A stretch of 64,000 bases of DNA from Saprolegnia diclina VS20 (lineage: Eukaryota), in assembly GCF_000281045.1 (NCBI RefSeq), contig NW_008246116.1, forward strand, positions 366,151 to 430,150. The letters are read 5' to 3'. Below, piece by piece: positions 45,401 to 57,625 of the stretch. A model generated the notes under the pieces. It was given only the letters and a program-made list of their open reading frames with translations. It made no database searches and had not been told where the DNA came from. Numbering within the stretch: the stretch's first letter is position 1; the number at the start of each line of letters is the position of its first letter. A program made the position numbers and the translations under genes.

Positions 45401-48400
45401 GACGTTGACGCGGCTGCTGGCGCGCGCGCGGCCGCTCGTGGCCGCCGCCGACAGTGTCGCCTCGCTCGCGCGCGAAATCACCGAGACGACGGCGCAAGTG
45501 GACGCTGCCGACGTGGAACTCGCCGGCTTGCAGGACGCGCTTGCGGCGACGACCCTCGACGACGAAAGCGACGACCCGATGCGGGCCTTTGAACGGGCAA
45601 ACGAGCGTCTCAGAGCTTTTATGGGACGCTGCCACGACGCCTCCGAGTCGCACAAGACGAGCGTCGCGCTGCCGCCACGAACGCTTGGCTACGGCACGCA
45701 CGACGACCTCCCGACGCTCGCCAGTGTGTGCAAGGCGCACCGGCTTGCACCGCTCGTGTCGGCGGTCGATCGCGCGGCGGTGGCCTTGAACCAGCAGCTT
45801 ACCGCTCTTGAACCAGTGCTGCAGCCGGCGCTACACTGGTTTGAGAGCGTACGAGACACGGTTTGCGGCCCGTCGCGCGGCCATACGATCATGGACGAGT
45901 GGCACGCGTACGGCATGAACCTTATCGCAGCCGTGAGCAAGGCCGACCCGCTCGCGCACCTCGCACTGCACAGGGCCATGTCGCTGCCCTCGCTCCTCGA
46001 GGACATGGCGCTGGCGCAGCCGCTGCAGTACATGTTCCGTCTCGTCAAGCTACCCGATGGACGCCTTCTGGACGACGACGAGCCGGCGCTCGCTGCACGG
46101 ACCAGCCAGATTCTGCCGCGCCTCAAGTCGCTCAAGCTCTCGAACGCGGAAGCCCACAAGACGATCAAAGCGGCGATTGCTCAGTGGGGCTTGGACCAGC
46201 TCTCGGCGCCGCGGTCGTGGCGCCACCTCCGTACGTTCATCTACGAGGCGGCGTTCCTGTTCGATCTCGCGGAAAAAGGGGCGGTGAAGCGCGACGCGAT
46301 TGCGTGCTGGTGGCTCCTCCCGCCAGAGGGCTGGATGCGGTTTTACACGGGCAAGTGGCGCCTCGTGTTTCGACCGGCCGACTTGATGCATCGACGCCTC
46401 AAGGACGTGCTCTTGCCACTGTACCATCCACTGCACCCGCTCCGACGCTCGTCAATGTCGGCGCTCTGCGCGCCACTGCGTGCCGAGCTCGACCGCCTCG
46501 ACGCTGAACTGGCGACGGTGCCCCGCGCCGAGTGGTCGGGATGGCTCGATGCTCTTGGCTGGCACCCGAACAGTCGCGACGACGGAGCGTTCTGGGAGGC
46601 GCCGCTGTATCACTACCACGGCGCTGTCCTGTCGGTGTGGTGGCTGCCCGGGATGCACCAGCTACGCGCCTTGTGCTGCCAATTCGCGACGCTCGAGACG
46701 ACGTGGTCGGACCCGTCGGCGGCGTACGGGATCGAGCACAAGTGGGTGACGTGTCTTCTCACGATGAGTCGTCTCGTGAGTGCCAATGCCCATGAAGACG
46801 CGCTGCAGTCGGTCCTCGACGCGGCCGCGGCGTCCGTCTTGGACCTGGCGTACGGGGCCATGCGCTCGGTTCTCGAAGACACGATCGCGAGCGAGTGGAA
46901 GCTGCGCGTCGACCATGGACTGGACCGCACGTGGGTCGAGGCCCTTGTACGACCGATGGCCCGCGGTTCGTTGACGGTCGACGCACTGCTGGACGCGGTC
47001 GAGCTGCGCCCGATGCTCGACATCCTCCACGACCGATGGCACTATCTCTGGGACCGCGAAGTGTCGGCGTACCGCACCGCGTTGGTCCTGCACACGCGCC
47101 AGCTTGAGGCGCAACGGGCGACGCTGAGCTCGTGGGTGCAACCCGACCACGAGCAGTCGCGCGCGTCCCTCTTGCAAACGCTGACCGAGACGGAAGCGAT
47201 GGTCACCGAGCTCCTCGTGCGACGCGACGCACTCGAGGCAGCGCTCAACGACGCGCAACCGGTCTTGGACGATGCGGTCAGCCGCCGTCCGACGCTTCAA
47301 GCGCCACTGCAGTCGACGCGCACGGAGCTGCGATCGCTCGTGGCGCAGGCCGACGACATTTACCTCGTGATCGAGTGGGCCAAGTACTTGGACAGCGCGT
47401 TTCGCGAGAGCGACAGTGACCGCGTGCGTGAGCTCGACGACGAAGGCCTCGCGGTGGTCACCGAGTACATGGCGCTGGAGGCGGCGTCCGCGGCGCAACG
47501 AGCAGCGACCCGCGACCACGAGGAACGCAGCGCCGCGCTCGACCGAATGCGCAAGGACGCGTCCGACCGTCTGCGCCGTCTCCACTTGGCCCATGCCAAG
47601 GCCCACACCGAGATGGACAAGCTTTTGCATCAAACACTGCCGTCGCTGGCGCCGCTGCTCGAGCAGCTCCAGCAGTCGTGGTTGCCAGAGGCGTTCAACG
47701 CGCTCTCGACCAACCCGAGTCATGTGCTCTGGGAAAACGAGCGGCTCGTGCGACTTCTCAGTAAGAGCGTCAAGCACGGCGTCCTCCCTGAGCTGCAGAC
47801 GAAGCTCAAGGCGTTTGAAGGCGCGTGTCGCCAGCTGCATGGCATCCTCTCGGCGCTCGAGGCACCGATGAATGCACTCACGTCGCTGCCTCTGGACGCC
47901 GCCTTTGGCCGGAAGAAGACGCTGGCCAACATCGTGAGCGGCGGCGCAGCGGTCGAACCGTCGATCGATGCGCGGACGCAGCTCGTGACGGCGCTGTGTC
48001 ACGTCGTGCACACGTGTCGGGACGACGACACGGCGGGTACCATCGTCGCACGGACCATCAGCGTCATGGGCGGCTTCTTTGACATTGCCCACCACGCGCT
48101 CGACCTCTCGAAACAAGACGAGCACGAGTGGTCGGACGACGGCAGTGACAGTGACAGTGACAATGACGCTAGTGACGAAGACGACAGTGGCAGCGACAAT
48201 GACAGCTGTGCCAAGGCGTCCGACGACAATGACGACGATGAGAACGCCAGCAACGACATTGTTCGCGTTCAGGAACGCAATCGGTACGGACTCCATGTCC
48301 TCCAGCGCGTCAAGGAGAAGCTCGATGGCTACACGGTCCCGAACGCGCCGCCGCTGGCGTGCCCCGCGCACGTCGAGTACCTCCTCTCGCAAGCCACGAG

Positions 48401-48449
48401 CGTCGACAACCTCTGCGTCATGTACGAAGGCTGGACACCATGGATCTAA
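39423..48449 (+). CDS. SMG1: PIKK-family Ser/Thr kinase SMG1 (nonsense-mediated decay)
   Basis: SMG1-type motifs RLRTHYGNAGQTF and FYTTNRKVCEDWLLRIR; kinase TKTRPK, YLLKSREDLHLDERIMQ, GLGDRHLDN, HIDYNVCFEKG..LKVPEVVPFRLT; long post-kinase insert; FATC DNLCVMYEGWTPWI*. Short 5' exons and introns between 40.07 and 40.97 kb. Confidence 0.92.
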
Positions 48450-48500
48450 CTAGTGGCGCCACGACGATCATTGTTATCAACGCGCCGTACGAACGACGTC

Positions 48501-49294
48501 TCAGTGGTGGCCGTGCGACTGCACGGGCACAGCGACGGGCAGCGCTTCCTGGTGGTACCCGAGCACGTGCGCGGTCTGGAGCTGGTAGTTGTTGACTTGC
48601 GCGCGCTACGCCATCGTCGATAAGAGACCATAGAGACAATGTGTGCATTGGCGTACATCGAGGACGTGTTTGGTCGGGCCAAAGTTGCACGTCTTGTGCA
48701 ACAGCGTCATGTAGCGCTGGACGTCGGCGACAACATCGGCGGCCGTCGCGGCGCCGGGCGTGAGCTCGACGAGCGGGATGAGCAGCACGGGGTGGAAGAA
48801 GCGGATGCCAAGGAGGTTGCTCGGGCGCGCCATGCCCGAGGCAATGTCGTTTACGCTCAGATTCATGGTCGACGTGCCATAGATCGTCGTCGCCGGGCAG
48901 AGCCGCTCGAGCGTCCGGAAGAGGTCGCGCTTGAGCCCCAGCGTGTCGGGAATCGACTCGATCACGAGCGACGGCCGCGCGGCTGCCACCTCTTCGAGCG
49001 TCGTCGCGGTCTGGATGTTGCTCACGGCGCGGCCCACCATGTCCTGCGGGATGTAGCCGAGGCGCCAGAGCGGCTGCAGCATCGCGTAGCTCGCCGACTT
49101 GAGAATGTCGCGCGAGATGCTGTCGGGGTTCCGGTCAAAGAGCACGACGCGGTGGCCCGACATGGAGAGCTCAAAGGCGATGCAGCTAGAGACAGAGCGT
49201 GAGACGACGCATGGCGTAAGGAGGCCTACCGCCCGAGCGTGCCGGCGCCAATGACGGCGACGACGCTGTTGCCAGTGAGCGGAGCACGGGCCAT
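48501..49294 (-). CDS. 3-hydroxyacyl-CoA dehydrogenase NAD-binding-domain-only protein, probable pseudoenzyme
   Basis: MARAPLTGNSVVAVIGAGTLG|RCIA (Rossmann GxGxxG, intron ~49187-49229); VIESIPD...K..LF..LE; GIRFFHPV..PLVE. Second intron, then a short tail ending ...SHGHH* at 48501. Confidence 0.8.
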
Positions 49295-50404
49295 GAAGAC
49301 GATTGTAGTCGAGTTGCGGCTGGCTTGCCCTTCTCGCACATGTCGCAGCGGCCGAAATTCCGAAATTCACTAGGTCCTAGGTAGGACAAATCCGAATTCA
49401 GTGCGTTTCGGATGGCGCGCCGGATTGTATCCGGACATTCGTATCCGGACTAGATGGACGGCGAGCGGCGCGCCGAGCATGGCAAATCGACCTTCGACAT
49501 TTTTCATGGAGACTCATATTTCGTTCGATATGTATAGAGTACGATGCAGGGAGTCCAAAAACCAAAGAATGGTGCTCGTAGCGTTCCTACAGCGTGCGCT
49601 ATCTGCCGAGCAAGTTGGTGAGAACTGCTACTGAATGTAGTATCAATGTATCAATGTATCAGCAGATCAAAGTAGATCCCGATGCGCTGCTGCATCGTGG
49701 GCACTGTTGGTGTTCTTGAAGGTGTTGCACACCAGCTCAAATGATGTCAAGTGACAGAAAATAATGTCTCCGTCGGAGGTCACTAGACCTCTAGCTCATA
49801 GATCGACTATTCATACATACACGTAGCGCGAGGGCGGGTTCAGCCAGACACGCTGACTGCTGGAGTTTCGTATTGCCGTGCGTGGATTGGCTCCAAACGG
49901 CCAATCCGTGCACCGACACGTGGCGTCGCCTCGAGCGTTGGTTTGAGCTGCCAGGTCGTCACGCCCATTTTTTGTTGTCGACATGATGATGACGAGCATC
50001 GATCAATGGTATATATAAGTAAATGTGCATTTGGTTGTAGATATTTCCATCTGAAGAACAAGCACAACATCGTAAATGAGCAACTAGTTACCATGTTTCG
50101 TCGATTGGGTCTACGAGTTTGGCCGAAAGGACTTGGTTTCCGCAGCACTCCGAGAACAAACGCATTCGACGTTGGCTTTTTCAACGTTAAACAGACAGAA
50201 ATGACCAACAAAAAGGAGGATAAAGATTACCTTTTTTGCTCGAGGGTTCCTACGTCGCAACGAGCAGCGTGGACTCGACCGAGTCGCATGATACGTGGAC
50301 AAGACTATTGTATTGGACTAATAGACTAGTAGGTAGAGTACTCGTTTGGCTCCTGCGATCGGACGAGTTGAAATTGACAATGGAAAGGTTGGGCGTAGCG
50401 CTGC

Positions 50405-52057
50405 TTACAAAGCGCACTCGAACCACTTGACGGGCTTGCGGTCCGCGCCCCACCAGCCGTCGCCGTTCAGAAACGACGAGTCGTAGTGGTTGATACTCGG
50501 CTCATAGTGCAGCGCGGTCGCCGCGTCGGTGCCAAACTTGGTCTTGTCGAATCCTTGCGAGCAGCTGGAAAAGTCAACAAACCCGTCGTACGTCGGGTCG
50601 TCGTGGTGCGAGATCTTGCCGACAAGGAGCACTTCGAGGCTCTTGCCCGACGTGATACCAAACGCGTTTGTACCGCAGAGAAGCCGGTCTGCGTACTTCG
50701 CTCGCACCGCCTGTGCCGCCGCAAACTGGGCCTGCATCTCGGCCGAGACCGTCGATTGGTGCCGGATCGAGAGGTATCCTTCGGTGGTCGGGCAGCGGCC
50801 GGCCTTGGTGAGAATCCACTTGAGCGAGCCGCCCGCACACTGGTTTTCGATTTCATTGGACGTTTTGCTGCCTTGCATGGGCGCGGCGAGCGAGACCCAC
50901 GTCACGTCCTTTCCGAAGTTGCACTTGTTGTTGTGGACGGCCGCGCCGGCAATGAGATTGCCCATCGAGTACGTGACGAGGAGGAGACTGTTGATCTCCT
51001 TCGAGCCGCTGTTGGAGACCACTTTGGCCGCGTCGCAGAACTCTTCTTGCAGCGTCTCGTTGGTCCAGCTCCGCGTGTTGGTATCGAAATGCGCAAACTT
51101 GATGCTCGAGCAGCACGGCGCGTGCTCCTCGATCGAGCCCCAGTTGCCCGCATACGCATCGGCCAGCGGCGCGCTCGCCCGCTCACCGACACCGTGTACA
51201 AAGAGGCACGGCTTGGGCGTCGACTTGCAAGCGCACGACGACTTGGAAACGGTGGCGACGCGCGGCGCGCCGAAGAGCGCCGACGACACAGCCGCCGACG
51301 TCTGCAGCAAGGTGGCAGCCGGCGCTGGCTGCGACGGCCCGACGACCACCGGGCACGAAAGGCCCGCGGGAATGTCCATCGACGGCACGCTCGAGGTATT
51401 ATCAAGGTACTCGACGGCGATGTCGAGGTCGGGCGACGACGCGCGCGTGAGCTTGTTGTTCTTCGAGTTACAAAACACAAACGCCTCGCCGGCAAACGTC
51501 AAGTGCAGGAGCTTGCCGTCCGGACAGTCGGACGCCGAAATGACGTCGCCGGTCGTTGCGTCGACGACGCTGGCGGTCGAGAGACTCGACTCGAGGAGCT
51601 CGATCGGCGGCAGCTGCGACGCGTCGAGGCACCCGGCGTCCACGACCACGTCGTTGTGCAGCAGCGAGTAGTAGGCGCGGTTGTCGCGGACCAGGTAGGT
51701 TTGCGTCACGTCCGGGCCCACTTGGGACAAGATAGCGTCAAACGCAAAGGACGACGACGCACGGGGCACGACATAAATCTGCGCAGACGTCTTGCCGTTG
51801 AACGCCATGCTCGCGCGCTTGGCCGTGAGCGTGAGCCGGATCGCCGGCGACTGCTGCAAGTTGGTCACAATGTCGCCGGCATTCGTCGACACCTTGGTGC
51901 GGAAGACGTAAATGGATGCACCGACCGCCGCCATGACGACACCGCAGAAGAGGAGCGCGCCGACCACGAGCTTGAAGCGTCGCGGCGACCGCGGCTTGGG
52001 CGCTTCGTCACGCGGGGTCTCGACAGCGTAGGCACCCATCGCGACTGGCGACGACAT
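50405..52057 (-). CDS. Type II membrane, Cys-rich alpha/beta-hydrolase, paralog 2
   Basis: Colinear with 20398-22125: TM, PCLFVHG, TYSMG, PMQGS, DGFVD, NHYD, KPVKWFECAL. Confidence 0.75.
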   Translation of the reverse strand: MSSPVAMGAYAVETPRDEAPKPRSPRRFKLVVGALLFCGVVMAAVGASIYVFRTKVSTNAGDIVTNLQQSPAIRLTLTAKRASMAFNGKTSAQIYVVPRASSSFAFDAILSQVGPDVTQTYLVRDNRAYYSLLHNDVVVDAGCLDASQLPPIELLESSLSTASVVDATTGDVISASDCPDGKLLHLTFAGEAFVFCNSKNNKLTRASSPDLDIAVEYLDNTSSVPSMDIPAGLSCPVVVGPSQPAPAATLLQTSAAVSSALFGAPRVATVSKSSCACKSTPKPCLFVHGVGERASAPLADAYAGNWGSIEEHAPCCSSIKFAHFDTNTRSWTNETLQEEFCDAAKVVSNSGSKEINSLLLVTYSMGNLIAGAAVHNNKCNFGKDVTWVSLAAPMQGSKTSNEIENQCAGGSLKWILTKAGRCPTTEGYLSIRHQSTVSAEMQAQFAAAQAVRAKYADRLLCGTNAFGITSGKSLEVLLVGKISHHDDPTYDGFVDFSSCSQGFDKTKFGTDAATALHYEPSINHYDSSFLNGDGWWGADRKPVKWFECAL

Positions 52058-53279
52058 AATGGAATGGGCAAGAAGATGCCAAAGGCAGAATGAGGCAGTC
52101 GACTGATTCGCTCGGATGATGGAGGCCATTGAAGCCCAACAGATGGTGGACGCAATACACATGTTGTGTTGAGTCTGCCCGATGTAACGGTTGATGGGCG
52201 TGGCCTTTCTCGAGTCTCTTTCTCGTCGGTCGGATGAGTCTCAGTGTACGGCCACGGCCATGCAGTAGCGTGCGGGCTTGTATGGCGACACGCTGCGAAT
52301 TTGATTGACTTCACATGGATGCTTGCGATGCTTGTGCAATGTCATCTTTCAAAATTAGGTTCAAAAGACGGCAGCCCTAGTGTAGCGATCAGTATAGCGA
52401 TCGTCCAGCATGCAGATCAGGAGCAATGGTTGTGTGATTGCACCTGCGTTTGACACGCGCTTTGAGCCAAAGGGAGCGGTCGATGACCATCGCGTCCGTG
52501 GCCGTCACGCTGGGATGCTAAAGACGCCGCTCGTCGAACCATCGATCGAGTGTGCAACGCGCTGCATCCAGGAACCGGTCCCACGTCCTCAGGTCCCAGC
52601 TGTTGATGACTCTAATTTCTACCGCGCGTCGTGTGTGGTACGATCGAGATATGACCCTCACCGTCCGAGTGCGCCTTGGTCGTTTTCGTAGCGCTTGCCC
52701 CAGTCTTATGTGTTAAAACCGGATATGCTACTCGTATCAAGTTGACATTGATGTTTGGTATCGACCACGCTACGCTTCAGGGTACAGGGTGCAGGTACCT
52801 GCCGCCGCTGACTTGCGTCAGGATAGACCTCGGAGAGTTACAACACTGGATAGCTGAAGAAAGAACGGATACATTCCAGACACTGGGTGTGTTGCCATCT
52901 CCAAACTGCGAGGTCCTGTCGACCAATACTGATCGTCCAAAGCGCGTGAGTCACGGACCCCGAACGTCAAGTCTACGTCGAGGTCAAGCCCAAGCAAACT
53001 CGGAGCGGCCGAGGGCTCTCGTCGCGCATGCACGCGGAGCTGGACAACTAGCCAGCGTGCATACCTTTTGACGTGCATACGCTACAGCGTATCCTCTTCT
53101 TCTTGTCTTCTGCGGGCCAAAGCACGTTCGCCAATGAACTGCCTTGGTTATGATGGAACGCACTTTACAGCGGTTGGGTAAGAACAGCGGTTCAATAGCC
53201 GAATTGGGAATCGAATATATATGTATATTTACGCTCAAGCCTACTCTACTACGAAACGCAAGGTCCTGGTCCACTCTCC

Positions 53280-56125
53280 CTACGTCGTGCTGGTCGAGGG
53301 GTCAACGACCACGATGCTGTCGTCGCTAAATAGGGCGTCGCGAATGGACTGGATCACGGTCAAGTTTCTTCGACTCGCCTCCTTCCAGAGTGCGTAGTTG
53401 CGCTTGGTCGCATTTTGGATCGGCCGGAACGCATCGGGGAAGACGACTTTGGACACCGTATCGAAGAACGGGAGCACGATAAACTCAAAGAAACCGATTT
53501 GGTTCTACGCAAATTGGGGATCGTACCAGAGTTCACACCAGAATGTGAATACTACCTTGGCGCTATTCTCAGCCCATCGGTCCATGAAGGGCGAAATGTC
53601 GGTCACGGCGTCGCGCTCGGCGTCGCCTTGCACAAAGAATTCTTCAATGATCATGGACGACCAGAGCCCGTGCAGTCGGACGCCTTTGGCCGAGTGGCCA
53701 ATGTCGGCGCACTTGACGACCACCTGCACATGAAATTGTCTTCTTGCCCAAATTCAACTCAAAGTTACCTTCATGATGACGAGCGGGTCGTTGGCAATGT
53801 CGTGCTTCTCGTCCGAGAGGATCATGGCCTTGAGCGACCCGACGAGCTGGAGGTGCATGCTCAGGTCCGTCGAGAGCACCATTTCGATAATAGCCTTGCG
53901 CACGTCGCGGTAGTTCTTGTCCTTCATGTGCATGAAAATATCGCAGTTGGGGTTCTCTTGGCAAAGGAAGAACGACTCGGCGAGATGCATGTTTTCGAGC
54001 ACGCTCTTGTCGCTGTACTGCAGCGCGAGGCGGTCCCGCGCCTTGATGATAAAGTTGTTGCTGCGGCCGGGATGTCGAAAGTCGTGGATCGCCGCGGCCA
54101 CGAGCGCGGCAAAGAACTCGTGCTCCGTGAGCAAGTTGCGAATGTACCCGTCGCTGAGCGACGAAATGAGGTAGTTGACCGAGCTGACCACGTCCGCGGC
54201 GTGAAACGCATTGTGCTATGCGACATTTCAGTATCAATATCGTCATCAACAAACATGCAAAAATGAAAAATACAATAGGTAAAAATGCGAAAAAATAAAT
54301 ACAAAATACAACAGCCAAAATGCAACATTCAATAACGTACGTAAGGGTTGCGCAAGTAGCCTTCGTCGATCGACAAGAGAAAGTTCTGGAGTGCCACGGG
54401 GTCGACCTTGACTTGGTCGTACAGGTGATGGAGCTCAAAGACCGCGAGACCGACGTAGAGCACGGGGTGGCCATGGCAGTCGAGGCCCAGTACGTCGAGG
54501 TTCCATCCGTCTTTGGCGATCCGCGCTTGGATTTTCTGAAGCGACATGGTCTCAATCTGCGGCATGTGACTCAAAAACACAGCACCGTGCTCGGACGTGA
54601 GCACGTGGCCGCTCGACTTGCTCCGGCCGTCGGGTCCGAGCGGCTGTTTGCGCCCGAGGGGGTTGTACTCCTTCTTTCCGAGCACTGAGATGGCCCAGTT
54701 CTTCGTGTCGACGTCGACGCCGTTGGACGAGCCCATTTGCGCGTTAATGTCGGGCGTAAAGAGGTTCGCGTCGAGCTTGGAGAGCGCCGAGATGATGCTC
54801 GAGAGTTTCAAACCGTGGTTGTCGTTGAGTTTCATTTCATCTTGGAGAATTTTCAGATCCGAAATGATCTTGTGCACAGGCGACTCGAGGTCAATGGTCG
54901 AGCCTACGCGTTTCATATGGAGATTCGACAGCAGCATTGCAAACGTCGTACCTTCGTGCTGCTTGGCGAGCTTGAGTTCATTTTTGAGATTTTTGTTTTC
55001 TTCGGCAATCGCCTCGCGCTGTTGGTAGGCAAACTCGGCTTCCTCTTCGACCTCGTGCATGTGGAGAAACTCTTGACGGAGCATGCGCTCCATGTCGCGG
55101 TTTTGGAGAAAGAGCACGGTCGAGAAGAGCAGTGGGAAGCAGCACACGAGGATCTCGTTTGTGATAAAGTACTGGTTGGACGTGCGCGGGTACACGAGAA
55201 GCGTCAAGACCCCATACGAGACACTCGAGATGACGCTGACCTAACGCAGAATCCAGGATAGCACGCAACTCTCCGCTACATGGGATAACACACACACCAA
55301 AGCACCATTCGAGTTGCATTTGCACACCTCTCAAATGCAATCTCAAACATACAAAAGTGCAATCTCAAAAATACAAACGTGCACACTCAAAAATGCACAA
55401 CAAAGGCGTACCGTGGCGGCGTGGGGCGTGTCGATGCGGAGCAATGGCACAAACACGGACACGAGGATCATGCGCAGCAAGTTGATGTTCATCGTGGCGG
55501 CCGGGAGGAGAATGTCGCCCATAAACTGAAACAGAATGTCTTTGCCCGTGCCCTGCATGGTCTCGTACGGCCAGACGCCCGTTTGCGACGAAAGCGTGTA
55601 CGTGGCCGTGAGGTTGAACACATGCGCAGCTTGGAGCAACGTCGACATGTCGTCTTGAATGTAGACGCTCCACTCGCGAAGGAGCGAGTGCATGCCGCCA
55701 CCAATGATCGAGCACGTCCAGCAGAGCACAATGGTCGAGTAAATCTTGTGGTAGTAGGGCTGGAAGCGCTCGAGGCGCCCGAGATAGAGCAGGAACGGCA
55801 CGGGCACCATGGACGGCACGACGTAGAGAAAGTACTCTTGGGACTGTTCTCGGATCGCTGGGTCCGTCGACGTGAGGTTGGTCAAGTTGGGCGAGACAAA
55901 GATAAAGTAGAGCAAGAGAAACGCGAGCACGATCTTGAACGACCGCGGCGACCACTCTTTCACCGCTTTTTCGAGGTAGAGTTTCTCGAGCTTGGGGTGG
56001 TTGACGAACCGCGCCGTGAGCGGGTGAAAGTGCACTGGCTCCGTTGGCTTGGGCATGCGCGTGCCCGTGTCCGAGAGCGAGTCCACTGACGGCACAATGC
56101 GCGTCGGCTTGTGGTCGAGAAGCAT
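53280..56125 (-). CDS. Class I cyclic-nucleotide phosphodiesterase with multi-pass TM N-terminus and coiled coil
   Basis: NPY|HNAFHAADV, AAIHDFRHPGRSNNF, SVLENMH, VLSTDLSMH, KCADIGH, EEFFVQGD, QIGFFEFIV across several introns. About six hydrophobic segments upstream. The start may lie further 5' (possible intron ~56171-56202). Confidence 0.9.
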
Positions 56126-57625
56126 GCGCGGTCCTTGGCGCGGCACTGTACTTGCGACCAACCGGCGCGCCTAAAAATACGGCAAAACCCACAGACAAGT
56201 ACGTTTTCGAAACGCTCAAGATGGCGACCCAAGCCGGTGATTTGACGCGCAATACCCAGTTTGTACTGTGGGAATCTCGTTTTGGCTTGACCACCCAACG
56301 TAATCAACGATAGATAGGGCCAAGAATCAGATTAATCCGATTATTGACCTTTGACGGTAGCTACAAGTGACTAGTGCAAACGATGAAAAGGGATGGCTTG
56401 TGGTCGAAGAGAGTCGTTTGAGATAGTAAGGTTTTGGCAGGTGGAGCATGTATTTGGATGGAAAGAAGATGTGGTTGAAAAGGAGATTTGGGCATTGGAA
56501 AAGTAGGATTTATGAAGGAACGAGTTAGTTGGAGACGAGGTTAGTACTCTAGTGTGTGTATCTGGAAGGGTCGTGTAAAATACAATTTTTGATGCATTGC
56601 TACGAGCGTCAAGTAGACGAGGTGAGAAGCATACCATGGTGGGAAATGGCGAGGCGTGGGAAGAGCCCCGAGGCGGTCATGCGTGCTGCTGGCATGTTGC
56701 ATTTAACGTTAGAGGCTGATTTAGAGGTGGCGTAGGTGGTCTCATCTCGGTAGCAGTGATGGGGGCGATTATAGCTGTGGGCTTCCGAAGGTGGGTGTCG
56801 GTGAGTATTGCGTAAGGACGACTATGTGCAGCGAGCAAGGTGGTGTAAAAAGACTATACATGATGCGGTGATTGGTGAGGAAGAAGGCGGGGGATGAGTA
56901 TCCTTTCTTGTCGTGATGACGTGGCGCGCGCTGGTCGTTTCGTCGTCGTACCAACATATCATCGTACTTGCCGTGGGGTGACTGCGTCGGGTTCTCAAGT
57001 CGCTCTTGAGCCCTCACGTTGTTTTCAGCTCCTCTCGGCCGAGACACTTGGAACGTTTGAGTCGTTGCTGTAGACGTAGTACTAGTAGGTGAACCCAGCG
57101 AAGAGAATGCCCTTCGGAACCCGAATCCGGCCAATAGGGGCACAGTCTCCGCTAGGTCGAGCGACTTGCTGCAAGCATACTAAGACAACTTCCACCGTAG
57201 GATTTTATTATCCACGTCAAGCAGCCACCACCGACGGTAGCTTGGCGCCTGGACGCAAACTGAATAAGCCAAATGCGCCATGTCAAAAGAGAAACACTGT
57301 CTCCAATTCTGCCTACAAAGACACTGTTTCGTTTCCGTTGAACGTCTCTTCTAGCCGACAGACAACGGCCGATGTGAAAGGAACACTGGTCGGTCTCTGT
57401 GGTCCCGGACAGGATAGCCTACTAGCGATGTACTAGGGTTTATATGTTCGGTGCTCTCTGCGCGTTGGACCTACACAAAGAATCGTGGTCCGTCAAGCCT
57501 GCCATCGAGTTTTCCAGCCTGTCGGTTTTGAGAAACATAAAACGGAATCCAACCCGGTATACGTAGCTCAAGTCACGGCCGTTGACCAATGACCGACCAC
57601 TTGGCGCAGACAGGGAGAGAGAGCG

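Noticed and set aside
57281..57330. Imperfect hairpin GAAACACTGTCT...AGACACTGTTTC
   Set aside because: Single 12-bp stem with a mismatch; not distinguishable from chance.
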